This document shows, in pieces, positions 8,931-18,201 of a DNA stretch of 64,000 nucleotides (positions are counted from its first letter, which is position 1; every line of letters begins with the position of its first letter). Both the position numbers and the translations under genes were made by a program. The stretch spans positions 1,118 to 65,117 of the forward strand of contig JAFLCA010000002.1 of assembly GCA_017302875.1 (NCBI GenBank), read 5' to 3'. Source of the DNA: Deltaproteobacteria bacterium. GTDB taxonomy: Bacteria; Bdellovibrionota_C; UBA2361; JAFLCA01. The notes beneath the pieces are model-generated. The model was not told the DNA's origin. It was given only the letters and a program-made list of their open reading frames with translations, and searched no databases.

Positions 8931-10220
8931 ATGGCAGCCGATGATACCCCTATTGTAAGCCCCAAACGGGGACTCTCAATCGCGAATCTTGCGAAGATGC
9001 TCTTTCGCTCTGACGCTTCGGAAGACTACATTCGCTCGTTACCCGCACAGAGTCTGTATTTGGCGGTAAAACATCTCGGGATTACCTCATCAGCCGACAT
9101 TCTTGAATCGGCCAGCCTCGAGCAGTGCCGTTTGATGTTCGACTTTGACTGCTGGTCGAAGGACAATTTCCTCGAAGAGAACTTCTGGGAGTGGCTCTCG
9201 GTTGCCGATGACGAGCATGGCCTGCGCCTGCTGCAGAAGTTTATCAAATTCGTCGACTTGAAGCTGGTCAGCCTTATGATCTCGCGTCACGTCGACGCCA
9301 AAACATTCGAAGAGAAAACGGACAATCCCCCTGCGCCTGGTTTCTATACGCCGGACGGCGGCTTTACCTGGGTGAACGTAAAAATAGAAGAAAGCACGCG
9401 CAACTTCCTATTTTCACGATTGCTCGCACTTATCTTCGAAACTGACGGCGACCTCTTCTACAAGTTGCTGCAAATTCCCGGCGTGGCAACTGAAAGCGAT
9501 CTCGAGGAGGAGTCGTATCAAGCTAAATCTAAGCGCTTGCAGTCCGAGGGTTTTCCTAGCGACGATTACGCCTTTGAGCTGAACAGCCCGCTCGATGAGG
9601 CGCTATTGCCGAAAGAGCTTTCATCGCGGGCAAAGATGCCGATGAGCAAAGATATTCCGGCCATTGAGCCGATCATTTATGACGGCGTGATGGTTCGACC
9701 GCTCGCCGATCTAATTTCGCAGGCGGGCTCGCGAGACGAACTCGAAAGCGAACTTAGCCTCATTATGAATGCCGCTTTCGTGCGCTGGTCGGTGGATCTC
9801 ATCGACGAAGAGCGCGTACGGCACTGGATAAGCAAGGTGCGCGGAGCTATTAACCTTGGCCTTGAGACGGCCATGAAACGCAGCGGCAAAGATGCGCTGG
9901 AAATTTATAATCTGATTGGCCTACAGAAACTGTACCGCTTAGGCTTATGGAAGCTACATTCCTTATATTTGCGCGCTTCTAAGATTTCGGAAGACTCCAT
10001 TCGCGCGCTCGCGGACGATTCGGCCATCTTTGGCATCGTCGCGGGCGCTCGCGAACGCTTTCCTGAAACCCCCAACTACGTACGAAGTGACGGCACGATA
10101 GATGCTCCTGGAGGCGAGCTACATTCTGGCTTCCGTGCGATTGAGCACCTTGGCGAGCTGGAAAGCATTATGCGGTTGCTATCTGACAAAGTGCCGGCCA
10201 AAGAGACCAAGTCTCCATAA
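8931..10220 (+). CDS. Hypothetical protein (soluble, 429 aa)
   Basis: Long uninterrupted ORF with coding-like composition. No family recognised with confidence. Confidence 0.6.
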   Translation: MAADDTPIVSPKRGLSIANLAKMLFRSDASEDYIRSLPAQSLYLAVKHLGITSSADILESASLEQCRLMFDFDCWSKDNFLEENFWEWLSVADDEHGLRLLQKFIKFVDLKLVSLMISRHVDAKTFEEKTDNPPAPGFYTPDGGFTWVNVKIEESTRNFLFSRLLALIFETDGDLFYKLLQIPGVATESDLEEESYQAKSKRLQSEGFPSDDYAFELNSPLDEALLPKELSSRAKMPMSKDIPAIEPIIYDGVMVRPLADLISQAGSRDELESELSLIMNAAFVRWSVDLIDEERVRHWISKVRGAINLGLETAMKRSGKDALEIYNLIGLQKLYRLGLWKLHSLYLRASKISEDSIRALADDSAIFGIVAGARERFPETPNYVRSDGTIDAPGGELHSGFRAIEHLGELESIMRLLSDKVPAKETKSP

Positions 10221-10238
10221 ACCGGGCAAGCCTGCCGC

Positions 10239-10727
10239 TTACTTCTTCTTCTTGGCGCCCTTCTCTTTTTCTTCCTTGGCAGCGTCCTTTGCGTCAGGTT
10301 TCGCGGCTACGACAATCAGACTGCAAGTTGGCTCGGAGACAACGCTCTCCACGCACTTGCCCTGCTGAGCCTTGCAATCAGAGGCAATCGAGTCTTCCAG
10401 CAATTTGCGGGAGGAGAAAGTCATTGAGTGGAGAGCTGCCGACATTACATTGATCTTCGCCGCAACACAGCCGGCTTGATTTTCGTGATCGTGAGAGCAC
10501 TGCTCGGCAGCCTTGGACTTCAAAGGCTCGACCAATTCCATCAAGGCCGCTTTGGCGGCTGCCTCGTCCGCTCCCTTAGCCTCCACGCGGGTGGTGAATA
10601 CCATGATCTTGGTCATCTCCTTCTCGCGCTGCCAGGCGTAGCTTACGCTGGCGCGGCAAAGATGCTCAGCCCAAACGGCAGAGGGAACCAAGACAGCGAC
10701 GAGAAATAGATTCAATAGGAGTTTCAT
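10239..10727 (-). CDS. Hypothetical secreted protein with Lys-rich C-terminal tail
   Basis: The internal ATG gives MKLLLNLFLVAVLVPSAVWA, a signal peptide. Six Cys in the mature part. C-terminus is KDAAKEEKEKGAKKKK. The ORF track start at 10745 is an alternative. Confidence 0.5.
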   Translation of the reverse strand: MKLLLNLFLVAVLVPSAVWAEHLCRASVSYAWQREKEMTKIMVFTTRVEAKGADEAAAKAALMELVEPLKSKAAEQCSHDHENQAGCVAAKINVMSAALHSMTFSSRKLLEDSIASDCKAQQGKCVESVVSEPTCSLIVVAAKPDAKDAAKEEKEKGAKKKK

Positions 10728-10975
10728 ATACCTGCTTTGTAACATGGCATGCAGCTTCCGAAGAAGGCTGCATCAAAGAGGGAGGTCGCCGCCAAACCGT
10801 GGTTCTACGCACAATGGATTGAGGTAGTTACAGGGTACGAGAATTTTTTATTCCTGACCATGAATATTGGAGCGGCCGTTACGTCTCTCCTGCATGCCCT
10901 GCTGACTAGCTTCGGTGGCCGGACAGGCTGCTTTTGCTGAAAAGACAGTGCTTTTTTGGAGATTAAAGGTTTCCC

Positions 10976-11302
10976 ATGCTTTACCCAGCGATAGACGATG
11001 AAGCGGTTTCTTTGTTCGATATTCCGAACCAGACAGGAACCCCGGAACGTCGCCTTTTGGCGGCGATCCTCGAGCGCGCAATTCTTGATTTTGTCGGAAA
11101 CGATGAGAAAGAAATGCTCGAAGCGGAAGAATGGCTCTTTTCGGAACTTGAGACAGCCGAGCAACATGCCGGAGAATTTACATTCCCGTGGCTGTGCCGC
11201 GAATTAGATTTGGATGTTCAAACGATAGCGAAGAAAATTAAGTCGATGCCCAAACGAGGTTCGCACCGCATCGCGCCTTGGTATTTTGCCAAAGCGAGCT
11301 AA
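10976..11302 (+). CDS. Hypothetical protein (108 aa)
   Basis: ORF followed by a very strong intrinsic terminator. No recognisable family. Confidence 0.45.
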   Translation: MLYPAIDDEAVSLFDIPNQTGTPERRLLAAILERAILDFVGNDEKEMLEAEEWLFSELETAEQHAGEFTFPWLCRELDLDVQTIAKKIKSMPKRGSHRIAPWYFAKAS

Positions 11303-11337
11303 ACAGAGTTCCCCAAACTAAGATAGACATTGCACAC

Positions 11338-11379
11338 CCGCCGTTATGATTGGAAACAATCGTAGCGGCGGTTTTTTTT
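11338..11379 (+). terminator. Rho-independent terminator
   Basis: CCGCCGTTATGATTG-GAAA-CAATCGTAGCGGCGG forms a 15-bp stem (two G-U pairs) with a GAAA loop. It is followed by T8. Confidence 0.85.
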
Positions 11380-11983
11380 AATGGAAGATGGTGAACGCGG
11401 CGCTACGCGCGGAGCCCGGGGACTTCTGAGCAATAAAGTCGGTAAATGCGAACTGCGGATTAGCCGGCTGCCGTGGGCCTTTGTCAGATCCGCGACGTCG
11501 CGAAACTTCATGTGAAACTATCTGCGCAAAGCCAATCCGTCTGGTCACCCCGCCGCGTGGCGCATAGTTCCAGAGAACCGCAAACGGCAAGGCCAATGCC
11601 GCGGTCAGGGCGAAGGAGGCAAACAATGACGCTCCTGTAGACGCCGCATAAAGTCCAAGGCTAGTGGCCCCAGAAAGCCCCAGCAAAGAGACGAACATCC
11701 ACTTTAAGTTCGGAGACTCGCGCTTAATAAAGAGGCGGTCTTCAGAAACATCGAGGTCGAGAAGGTCTTCTAAGTAGGACTCCAGCACCTCGACTGAAAC
11801 GAAGGACACACCTTCACGAAAATGCGAAAAAGCAGAAAACGAACCGCGGCCATAACGCCGCGTACTGGCTTCATACTTTAAAAGCTCAGAACCGATACAA
11901 CTGTACTGGGAAAGCAAACGATTACAGCCGCCAAAAGGATGCGGCTCAAGGGGGATCTGGCTGTTATTCTGCTCGTCGGTCAT
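11378..11983 (-). CDS. Hypothetical membrane protein (201 aa)
   Basis: ORF with two central hydrophobic helices (WMFVSLLGLSGATSLGLYAA, LFASFALTAALALPFAVLW). No family recognised. Confidence 0.45.
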   Translation of the reverse strand: MTDEQNNSQIPLEPHPFGGCNRLLSQYSCIGSELLKYEASTRRYGRGSFSAFSHFREGVSFVSVEVLESYLEDLLDLDVSEDRLFIKRESPNLKWMFVSLLGLSGATSLGLYAASTGASLFASFALTAALALPFAVLWNYAPRGGVTRRIGFAQIVSHEVSRRRGSDKGPRQPANPQFAFTDFIAQKSPGSARSAAFTIFH

Positions 11984-12350
11984 ATGAACACGCTACGAAC
12001 GGTAGCTTGACCGCAAATTTCGAACTAAGCAACTAGCGTCGGCGCGACGTGGCGCGAACCTTCACCGGCACCTTAGGCACAAAGAAGTGAAAGTAAGCAG
12101 CGTTCAAACTTTCGGTCAGGCGGGATAAAATGGCCCGGATTTGTTTCATAGCCTAAGCTTACCAAATAAAGCTCGCATACCAAAAGGCAGCGAAATGACT
12201 CTTCTACTAATTGTGATGTCTCACAGAGACTATCGACGCACAGTTATAGGAGATTGAGCCTTTTTAGATGTATTTTCACCAGGCGTTATTCAACAACACG
12301 AGTAAAATAGCGTGGTTGTACGCAAATGGTGCGCTTTTGGCCTAAGAAAT

Positions 12351-13733
12351 CTAGAGACCCGGCTTGGTCATAGCCATAAGGTCGAGGACCTTATCGAGCT
12401 CCGCTTCAGGCAGCACTTTCATCTCCAATGCCGCCTGCCGCACCGTCTGGTCATCCTGATAAGCCTTCTTAGCTACCTTAGCCGCCAAGTCATACCCAAT
12501 TTTTGGGGCCAAGGAGGTGCAAGTAGCCAAACTTTTTTCAGCGTAATCTGCACACTTTTCAACATCGGCCTCAATTCCGCTCACGCAACGGTCGGCGAAA
12601 TTACTGGCAGCAGCTCCTAAGATTTCAAGGGACTCAAGAACGTTGTGAGCCATCACCGGCATCATTACATTCAGCTCAAAGTTTCCATGCTGTCCGCACA
12701 CTGTCACGCAGGCATCGTTGCCAATAACTTGCGCGGCGACCATCATAACCGACTCGCAGATTACCGGATTCACCTTGGCCGGCATAATGCTGGAACCGGG
12801 CTGAGTCTCGGGAAGCGTAATCTCTGCTAAGCTTGCGCGTGGTCCCGAGGACAACCAACGTAGGTCATTTGCAATCTTCATCATTGAACAGGCTATGGTG
12901 CGAGCCTGACCGCTGAGCTCAACGAGAGCGTCTCGGCCGCCCTGCGCTTCGAAGTGATTACGAGCTTCAATAAAGTTCGCGCCAGTCTGCTTATTGATAT
13001 GCGCGATAGCTCGAGCAGCGAATTCTGGATGCGTATTTAGGCCCGTTCCGACTGCTGTTCCGCCAAGGGCGAGTTCCTGCAATGAGACGAGAGCGCGGTC
13101 CAAACGCTCGATGCCATGCTCGATTTGCGAAGCATACCCGCCAAATTCCTGCCCCAACGTGATGGGCGTTGCATCTTGTAGATGCGTACGGCCCGACTTG
13201 AGTACCTTAGAGAACTCCTTAGCTTTTGCCTGTAAGGCAGTATGCAGCTTCTTTAATCCAGGCTTCAGCACTTCGACCACGGCCTGATAGGCCGAAACAT
13301 GCATGGCAGTTGGAATCACGTCGTTAGAGGACTGGCAGAAATTGACATGATCATTGGGGTGAATGCTCTTGTCGCCTCGCTTGCCGCCGAGCAATTCAAT
13401 CGCTCGATTGGCGATAATTTCATTGGCATTCATGTTCGTCGACGTACCGGAGCCGGTTTGGAAAATATCGACAACGAAGTGCGAATGCAGCTTTCCCTCA
13501 ATCACCTCGTCACAGGCTTTTGAAATCGCGTCTGCCTTATCGGCGGGGACCAGGCCGAGCTCTTTGTTGGCGTGCGCGGCTGCCTTCTTGATGATTCCGA
13601 CGGCACGGGTAAAGCGACGAGAGAATCTAAGATCAGAAACGGGAAAATTCAGCACCGCGCGCTGGGTTGAAGCGCCATACAAAGCGTCTTCAGGAACATG
13701 CATCTCACCCATCGAATCTCGTTCAATACGCAT
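12351..13733 (-). CDS. fumC: Class II fumarate hydratase
   Basis: 460 aa with signature GSSIMPAKVNP. HPNDHVNFCQSSNDVIPTAMH carries SSND as in fumarases, rather than the STND of aspartases. Confidence 0.9.
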   Translation of the reverse strand: MRIERDSMGEMHVPEDALYGASTQRAVLNFPVSDLRFSRRFTRAVGIIKKAAAHANKELGLVPADKADAISKACDEVIEGKLHSHFVVDIFQTGSGTSTNMNANEIIANRAIELLGGKRGDKSIHPNDHVNFCQSSNDVIPTAMHVSAYQAVVEVLKPGLKKLHTALQAKAKEFSKVLKSGRTHLQDATPITLGQEFGGYASQIEHGIERLDRALVSLQELALGGTAVGTGLNTHPEFAARAIAHINKQTGANFIEARNHFEAQGGRDALVELSGQARTIACSMMKIANDLRWLSSGPRASLAEITLPETQPGSSIMPAKVNPVICESVMMVAAQVIGNDACVTVCGQHGNFELNVMMPVMAHNVLESLEILGAAASNFADRCVSGIEADVEKCADYAEKSLATCTSLAPKIGYDLAAKVAKKAYQDDQTVRQAALEMKVLPEAELDKVLDLMAMTKPGL

Positions 13734-13982
13734 ACGAAAATCCTCTAAAAATTTGCTCAGAGCAGTTTATATTGCTGCCCACATTTCCCGACCTCTTCGG
13801 TCAGCGTCGTAATAATAGATCACAGCGGCAGGCTGTCCACCCCCTCGAGGCTGCCTTCATTTAGCTCGAAATCTTCGGGGCTTATGACATTAAGTTCTTC
13901 GCAATTCCGGTCGACTGAAGAAGGTATGTGGAAGCTGCCCCAGGGGCATGAACGTAACTAGTTAGAATCTCACGATCTATTC

Positions 13983-15716
13983 ATGGAAGACCAAAAGCCG
14001 AATGCTACCAATCCCGACGGGACTGCTGCCGAGGCGCAAGCAGAGGGCGGAAAAGTATCAGGCCGGCCCTTCTCGCTGCTCTTGCCGCCGGATATGGCGA
14101 TTTGGCAGGAGGCGCGCCGCCTCGTTACAGATAAAAGCATTCGTGTCGAAGATTTGGCCATCTGCGCTTCGCAGGATCCAGTTATCGTAATCGAGCTTCT
14201 ACGCATTTCAAATGCCATGTTCTTCTCAGGCGGACGCTCGCCGATTACGACGGCAAAAACCGCCATTGTTCGACTGGGCTCCGACGTCGTACTCGATTCT
14301 CTCGAAAAGATGAAAGATCGTCCGCGCCTCGAAAACGAGGACGTGCGGCACTGGTTTGAATCCCATCGTAGCCGTTGCAAACGAGTTTCGATCGTCTCAA
14401 CCATCCTTGCCGAAGCACTTGCTCGCACCATGACTGATGATTGCCAAGCCGCCGCCTTGCTTATGTACGTCGGCGAGATGCTGGCCGTCGCTCACTTGGG
14501 CGAAGCCTACGTGAAGATTGCCGAAGAACTTTCCCGCAGCGGTATCATTTATCGCCTTGCTCAGGATCATAAGTTCGATGTTGAGAAGATGGGCGTTACC
14601 TATCTTCGTCGCCAAGGAATTCCAGAAGCTCTTTTGTTTGTCCTCGACCGCGACGCGCGTACCCGCGCTCCCGATCGTGCGATTATGAAGCCAATTTGCA
14701 TGTGCGCCAGCGAGATGCTTGAAGCATTCGACGCAAATCGTTGGGAAAAGCTTGCTCCCGGCAAAACTCTACCGCCGAAGAGCGCCATTCGCATGCTACA
14801 GATGTCAGACGCTCAGTACCTGCGAGTGTATGAGCGCGTTTCGGAATTCTTGTTCTCCTTGCGCATGCTCGAGGAAAAGAAGAAGCAAGAAGCGCTCCTG
14901 GGAACTCAAGCACAGCAGGCAGCTCCTGTATCGATTCCAAGTGACGAAGAGCAAGTGCTCGACAGTGAAATCCGCAATCTTTTGAATGACTCCAACTCCG
15001 AAGAAGACGAGGAGGAGGAGATCGAGGAGGCGCCGAAGCCAGCGAAGGCTGCTCCGAAGCCAGCAGCCAAGGCGGCTCCGCCGAAAGCGGCGAAGGAAAC
15101 TGTTATCGCGAGCGTCAAGCAGCCGCTTAGCTCCGCAGAAGATCAGTTCAGTCTCAGTAACGCAAAAACAACCTCGCGCACCGTTCCGCGCGTTGAGCCC
15201 GTACGTCGCAACATCGAACCGCCAAAACTACGAACTGCGGGCGGAAATAAAGTTCTCACCTCGATTACATCAATGTTCGACAACGCAAAAAGCAGCGAGG
15301 AATTGCTATCGCAACTGCTGCAGATGCTGGTCGACGGCGGACCGTTTAAAAAATCCGCCCTGATAGTGGTCTCCAAAGATCGTAAGCACGCTATTGTCGT
15401 AGCAGCGCGAGGGCTCAATATCGGAAATGGCCAGAAGCTGCTTTTGGAAGACCCGCTCTCACCTTTGGCGCAATGTTTCTCAAAGGTGCAGTCTTTCGGG
15501 AACAAGGGGCATAGCTCCTCGCCCTTCGGCAGCAAAGCATTTGCACTTTCTCCAATTGATGCCGACCATGACACCCCGGTTGCCCTTTACGCTGATTGCG
15601 GCAACGACGGCTCTCTGACCTTTGAGGCGCGTCGAGTCTTCCGCACGGTCGTCGACATCTTGAACCAAAAATTACCGCAGATTCCCGGTGGCATACCGGT
15701 AGAACTTAATTCCTAG
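13983..15716 (+). CDS. HDOD-domain signalling protein with acidic/Lys-Pro-Ala-rich linker and C-terminal GAF-like region
   Basis: N-terminal LLPPDMAIWQEARRLVTDKSIRVEDLAICASQDPVIVIELLRISNAMFFSGG..ITTAKTAIVRLG matches the HDOD pattern. The linker reads EEDEEEEIEEAPKPAKAAPKPAAKAAPPKAAKE. Confidence 0.6.
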   Translation: MEDQKPNATNPDGTAAEAQAEGGKVSGRPFSLLLPPDMAIWQEARRLVTDKSIRVEDLAICASQDPVIVIELLRISNAMFFSGGRSPITTAKTAIVRLGSDVVLDSLEKMKDRPRLENEDVRHWFESHRSRCKRVSIVSTILAEALARTMTDDCQAAALLMYVGEMLAVAHLGEAYVKIAEELSRSGIIYRLAQDHKFDVEKMGVTYLRRQGIPEALLFVLDRDARTRAPDRAIMKPICMCASEMLEAFDANRWEKLAPGKTLPPKSAIRMLQMSDAQYLRVYERVSEFLFSLRMLEEKKKQEALLGTQAQQAAPVSIPSDEEQVLDSEIRNLLNDSNSEEDEEEEIEEAPKPAKAAPKPAAKAAPPKAAKETVIASVKQPLSSAEDQFSLSNAKTTSRTVPRVEPVRRNIEPPKLRTAGGNKVLTSITSMFDNAKSSEELLSQLLQMLVDGGPFKKSALIVVSKDRKHAIVVAARGLNIGNGQKLLLEDPLSPLAQCFSKVQSFGNKGHSSSPFGSKAFALSPIDADHDTPVALYADCGNDGSLTFEARRVFRTVVDILNQKLPQIPGGIPVELNS

Positions 15717-15827
15717 AAATTCCAGCCCGTTACGGCTAGTGGTTGCGCGCAAGGGGCAGCGTTGCAATGCTGATGCGCTTCGACAATAATCAGCCCTCAG
15801 TCTGAATTTCTCTTTCGAGTGTACATC

Positions 15828-16325
15828 ATGAAGCTAAGCTCTATCCTTGTTACCGGACTTGTTCTCCTTTCATCCGCCGTTGCGCAGGCCGACTATCGTG
15901 TTGCCACGGTCGATGTAAATCGCATTCTCAATGAAACGAAGGAAGCCAAGACGAAGAAGAAGGAGCTTGATGACATCACGCTAAAGGCGAAGGCCAAGAT
16001 CGAAGAGAAGCGCAAAGTACTAAAGGCTACTGAAGATAAACTTAAGGCAGCTTCTGTGTCTCCCGAATCCAAAGAGGCAGAAAAGTTTCGAACTGACGCA
16101 CGCGAGTTTGCGCGCTTCGTTAAAGACACCGATGAAGATATCAAAAAGCAATTCATGGTAACGAACAAAGCCTTGACCGACAAAGCCCTTGATATCGTTA
16201 AGAAATACGCAGAACAACACAACATTGATTTGGTTCTCGATAAAGGCGAGAAAGGCCGTGGCCCGGTCCTGTTCGGAGATGACTCTGCCGATATCACCGA
16301 CGACATCATTAAGTCCCTTAACTAA
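15828..16325 (+). CDS. skp: OmpH/Skp-family periplasmic chaperone
   Basis: Signal peptide MKLSSILVTGLVLLSSAVAQA, then VATVDVNRILNETKEAKTKKKELDD and a Lys/Glu-rich coiled coil, about 165 aa. ATG at 15828 is preferred over the upstream GTG at 15819. Confidence 0.8.
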   Translation: MKLSSILVTGLVLLSSAVAQADYRVATVDVNRILNETKEAKTKKKELDDITLKAKAKIEEKRKVLKATEDKLKAASVSPESKEAEKFRTDAREFARFVKDTDEDIKKQFMVTNKALTDKALDIVKKYAEQHNIDLVLDKGEKGRGPVLFGDDSADITDDIIKSLN

Positions 16326-16355
16326 CAAACACTGCGCCGCTGTTAGTACTTCCGT

Positions 16356-17183
16356 ATGACTGACGCACCGAGCGTTCTTGAAAGATCTCTACTGCCGGCG
16401 CTGGAAGGCGATCGCACCGCAGCGCAGGCCTTTTTTGAAGCATTCCTGCGAGATCCTCTGGTGGTGCCCGAGCGACGTCAGGCTCAAAAGATGAGCGACG
16501 AACCGCGCTATCCAAACGAGTTCCTCAACATCTTAGGCGTTCAAGCAAAAGAGCGCGTGCTCGTTCCCGTCTTTTCCCGACGCGATTTGATTGTCGAATG
16601 GTGCGGCAGTGAACTTGCGACACGGTCGATAAGCGGCGCTGAGTTATTGACGCTTATGCCTGAAGAGTGGTGGATCTGCCTTAACCCCGGCGCGGAAATT
16701 GAGAAGGAAATCTCCCCTTGGGAAATTGAGCAACTCAAAGAAGGGACTGCCGGCATCCCCGCCGTGCTGGATGAAATTTATCAAGACACGATTGTTGAGC
16801 CGCTCGAAGTGCAAGCAGTCAATGCTGAGGAGTATCCCAGTTTACAGCGAGAGTTGCGCATCTTCGCCGAGAAGAACTCTGCAATTTGTAAAATGTATTT
16901 GATCCGACAGAGCGGAAAGGACGCTGAGGAAGCGCTCATCAATAAACTCTTGCTCGGCCTGGAAATTTCCGCGGCTAACGAGGCCGAGGTTGATAGGATA
17001 AAGGCAGAGGCACAGAACGTTTCGGATCGTTGTCAGGTTGGTAATGATAAGGTTTCAGTATTCACCGCGATATCTGGGCAAGGCGATATGTCTTTCGGCC
17101 TCTTTGGCAAGTCCACTCCATTTTATACTAATTCTTCGGCTACTAAGCCTAAGAACCTCCTGGCTAAGCTCTTCGGGCGTTAA
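16356..17183 (+). CDS. Hypothetical protein (possibly SseB-like)
   Basis: 275-aa ORF. The N-terminal FFEAFLRDPLVVP...VPVFS pattern weakly resembles the SseB family. Assignment is uncertain. Confidence 0.4.
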   Translation: MTDAPSVLERSLLPALEGDRTAAQAFFEAFLRDPLVVPERRQAQKMSDEPRYPNEFLNILGVQAKERVLVPVFSRRDLIVEWCGSELATRSISGAELLTLMPEEWWICLNPGAEIEKEISPWEIEQLKEGTAGIPAVLDEIYQDTIVEPLEVQAVNAEEYPSLQRELRIFAEKNSAICKMYLIRQSGKDAEEALINKLLLGLEISAANEAEVDRIKAEAQNVSDRCQVGNDKVSVFTAISGQGDMSFGLFGKSTPFYTNSSATKPKNLLAKLFGR

Positions 17184-17247
17184 AATAGCCCCATTCTACC
17201 CATCTCAAGCAATTGCCGGACTTTGCCGATCCATTAGGTGAGGGTTT

Positions 17248-17511
17248 ATGCAGATTATAACCATAGATGACGTCGACTTTCCGCGCTTACTGAGCGCTTT
17301 CGGTGATGCGAAGTCTGTTGGCCGTTACTGGCGTAACGGACAAGTGCAGGTCGTGCGCATTACCGAGCACTTTGTATTCGTGGTTAGCGAGAACATTCCG
17401 GGGAAAATCGCTATCAAACCGGTGCGCTCAATGAATGACGCCGAAACTCTTGGCCGCCAGCTGCTGACACGGGAAGAGCAACGCGGGAATAGGGTCGAAC
17501 TACAGCGCTAG
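17248..17511 (+). CDS. Hypothetical small protein (87 aa)
   Basis: ORF only; converges on rpiA with a 4-nt overlap. Confidence 0.35.
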   Translation: MQIITIDDVDFPRLLSAFGDAKSVGRYWRNGQVQVVRITEHFVFVVSENIPGKIAIKPVRSMNDAETLGRQLLTREEQRGNRVELQR

Positions 17512-18194
17512 AGCGATTTGCTCTTCAAACTGCGAACCGCCGAGTCGGTTCCTACCAGCACCTCGTGCGCGTATCCTACAAAAAGACCGCTCTCGACGAC
17601 TCCTACGATACTCTTAATTTCTGCTTCCAGGTTCGCTGTGATCTTGGAGAAATGCGCATCAAAAACTAGATTTCCGGCCTCGGTAATGACCGGCCCATGC
17701 TTGCCAGTACCCGCGGCCCGAATCTCAACCGAGGTTGCGCCGATTTTCATTAAAGACTGCTCCACGAAGGCGGAGGCAGTAGGAATCACTTCAACGGGGA
17801 TAGCCGCTGTGCCGCCGAGCTGCTTCACGAGCTTTGATTCGTCGACGATAATGACGAAAGACTTGCAGCGTACGGCCAAGATTTTTTCTTGCAGCATCGC
17901 GCCACCCTTGCCCTTGATGGCCCAAAGATTTTCATCCACCGCGTCAGCGCCATCAAAGCCCCAAGCCAATTCTCCCCGGTAAGCCGGATACATGACTTCC
18001 AAGCCCGCTTGCTGACACTTCCAAGCGCTCTGTAATGACGTAGGCACAACCCGAATGTGCAACTTTTCGCGTTGTAAACGCTGGCGAATCGCATCAAGCG
18101 CTGCTTCTACCGTGGTCCCCGTTCCAACCCCGATTATTTCTCCGTCTTTTATGCGTGAAGCTATTTCTTGGGCTACCTTTTCGCGGGCGCTCAT
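17508..18194 (-). CDS. rpiA: Ribose-5-phosphate isomerase A
   Basis: 228 aa. GVGTGTTV, FDGADAVD and IKGKGGAMLQEKI match RpiA motifs. Confidence 0.9.
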   Translation of the reverse strand: MSAREKVAQEIASRIKDGEIIGVGTGTTVEAALDAIRQRLQREKLHIRVVPTSLQSAWKCQQAGLEVMYPAYRGELAWGFDGADAVDENLWAIKGKGGAMLQEKILAVRCKSFVIIVDESKLVKQLGGTAAIPVEVIPTASAFVEQSLMKIGATSVEIRAAGTGKHGPVITEAGNLVFDAHFSKITANLEAEIKSIVGVVESGLFVGYAHEVLVGTDSAVRSLKSKSL

Positions 18195-18201
18195 ACTGAC
18201 T

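Noticed and set aside
12033-12149. 38-aa basic ORF (MKQIRAILSRLTESLNAAYFHFFVPKVPVKVRATSRRR) on the - strand in the fumC-downstream gap.
   Set aside because: No convincing Shine-Dalgarno and no recognisable family. It cannot be supported from sequence alone.
14986-15363. 125-aa Arg/Ser-rich + strand ORF (and several antisense ORFs) inside the HDOD gene.
   Set aside because: It is a frame-shifted reading of the GAR/AAG-rich linker region. It is fully nested in a 577-aa ORF with recognisable domains.
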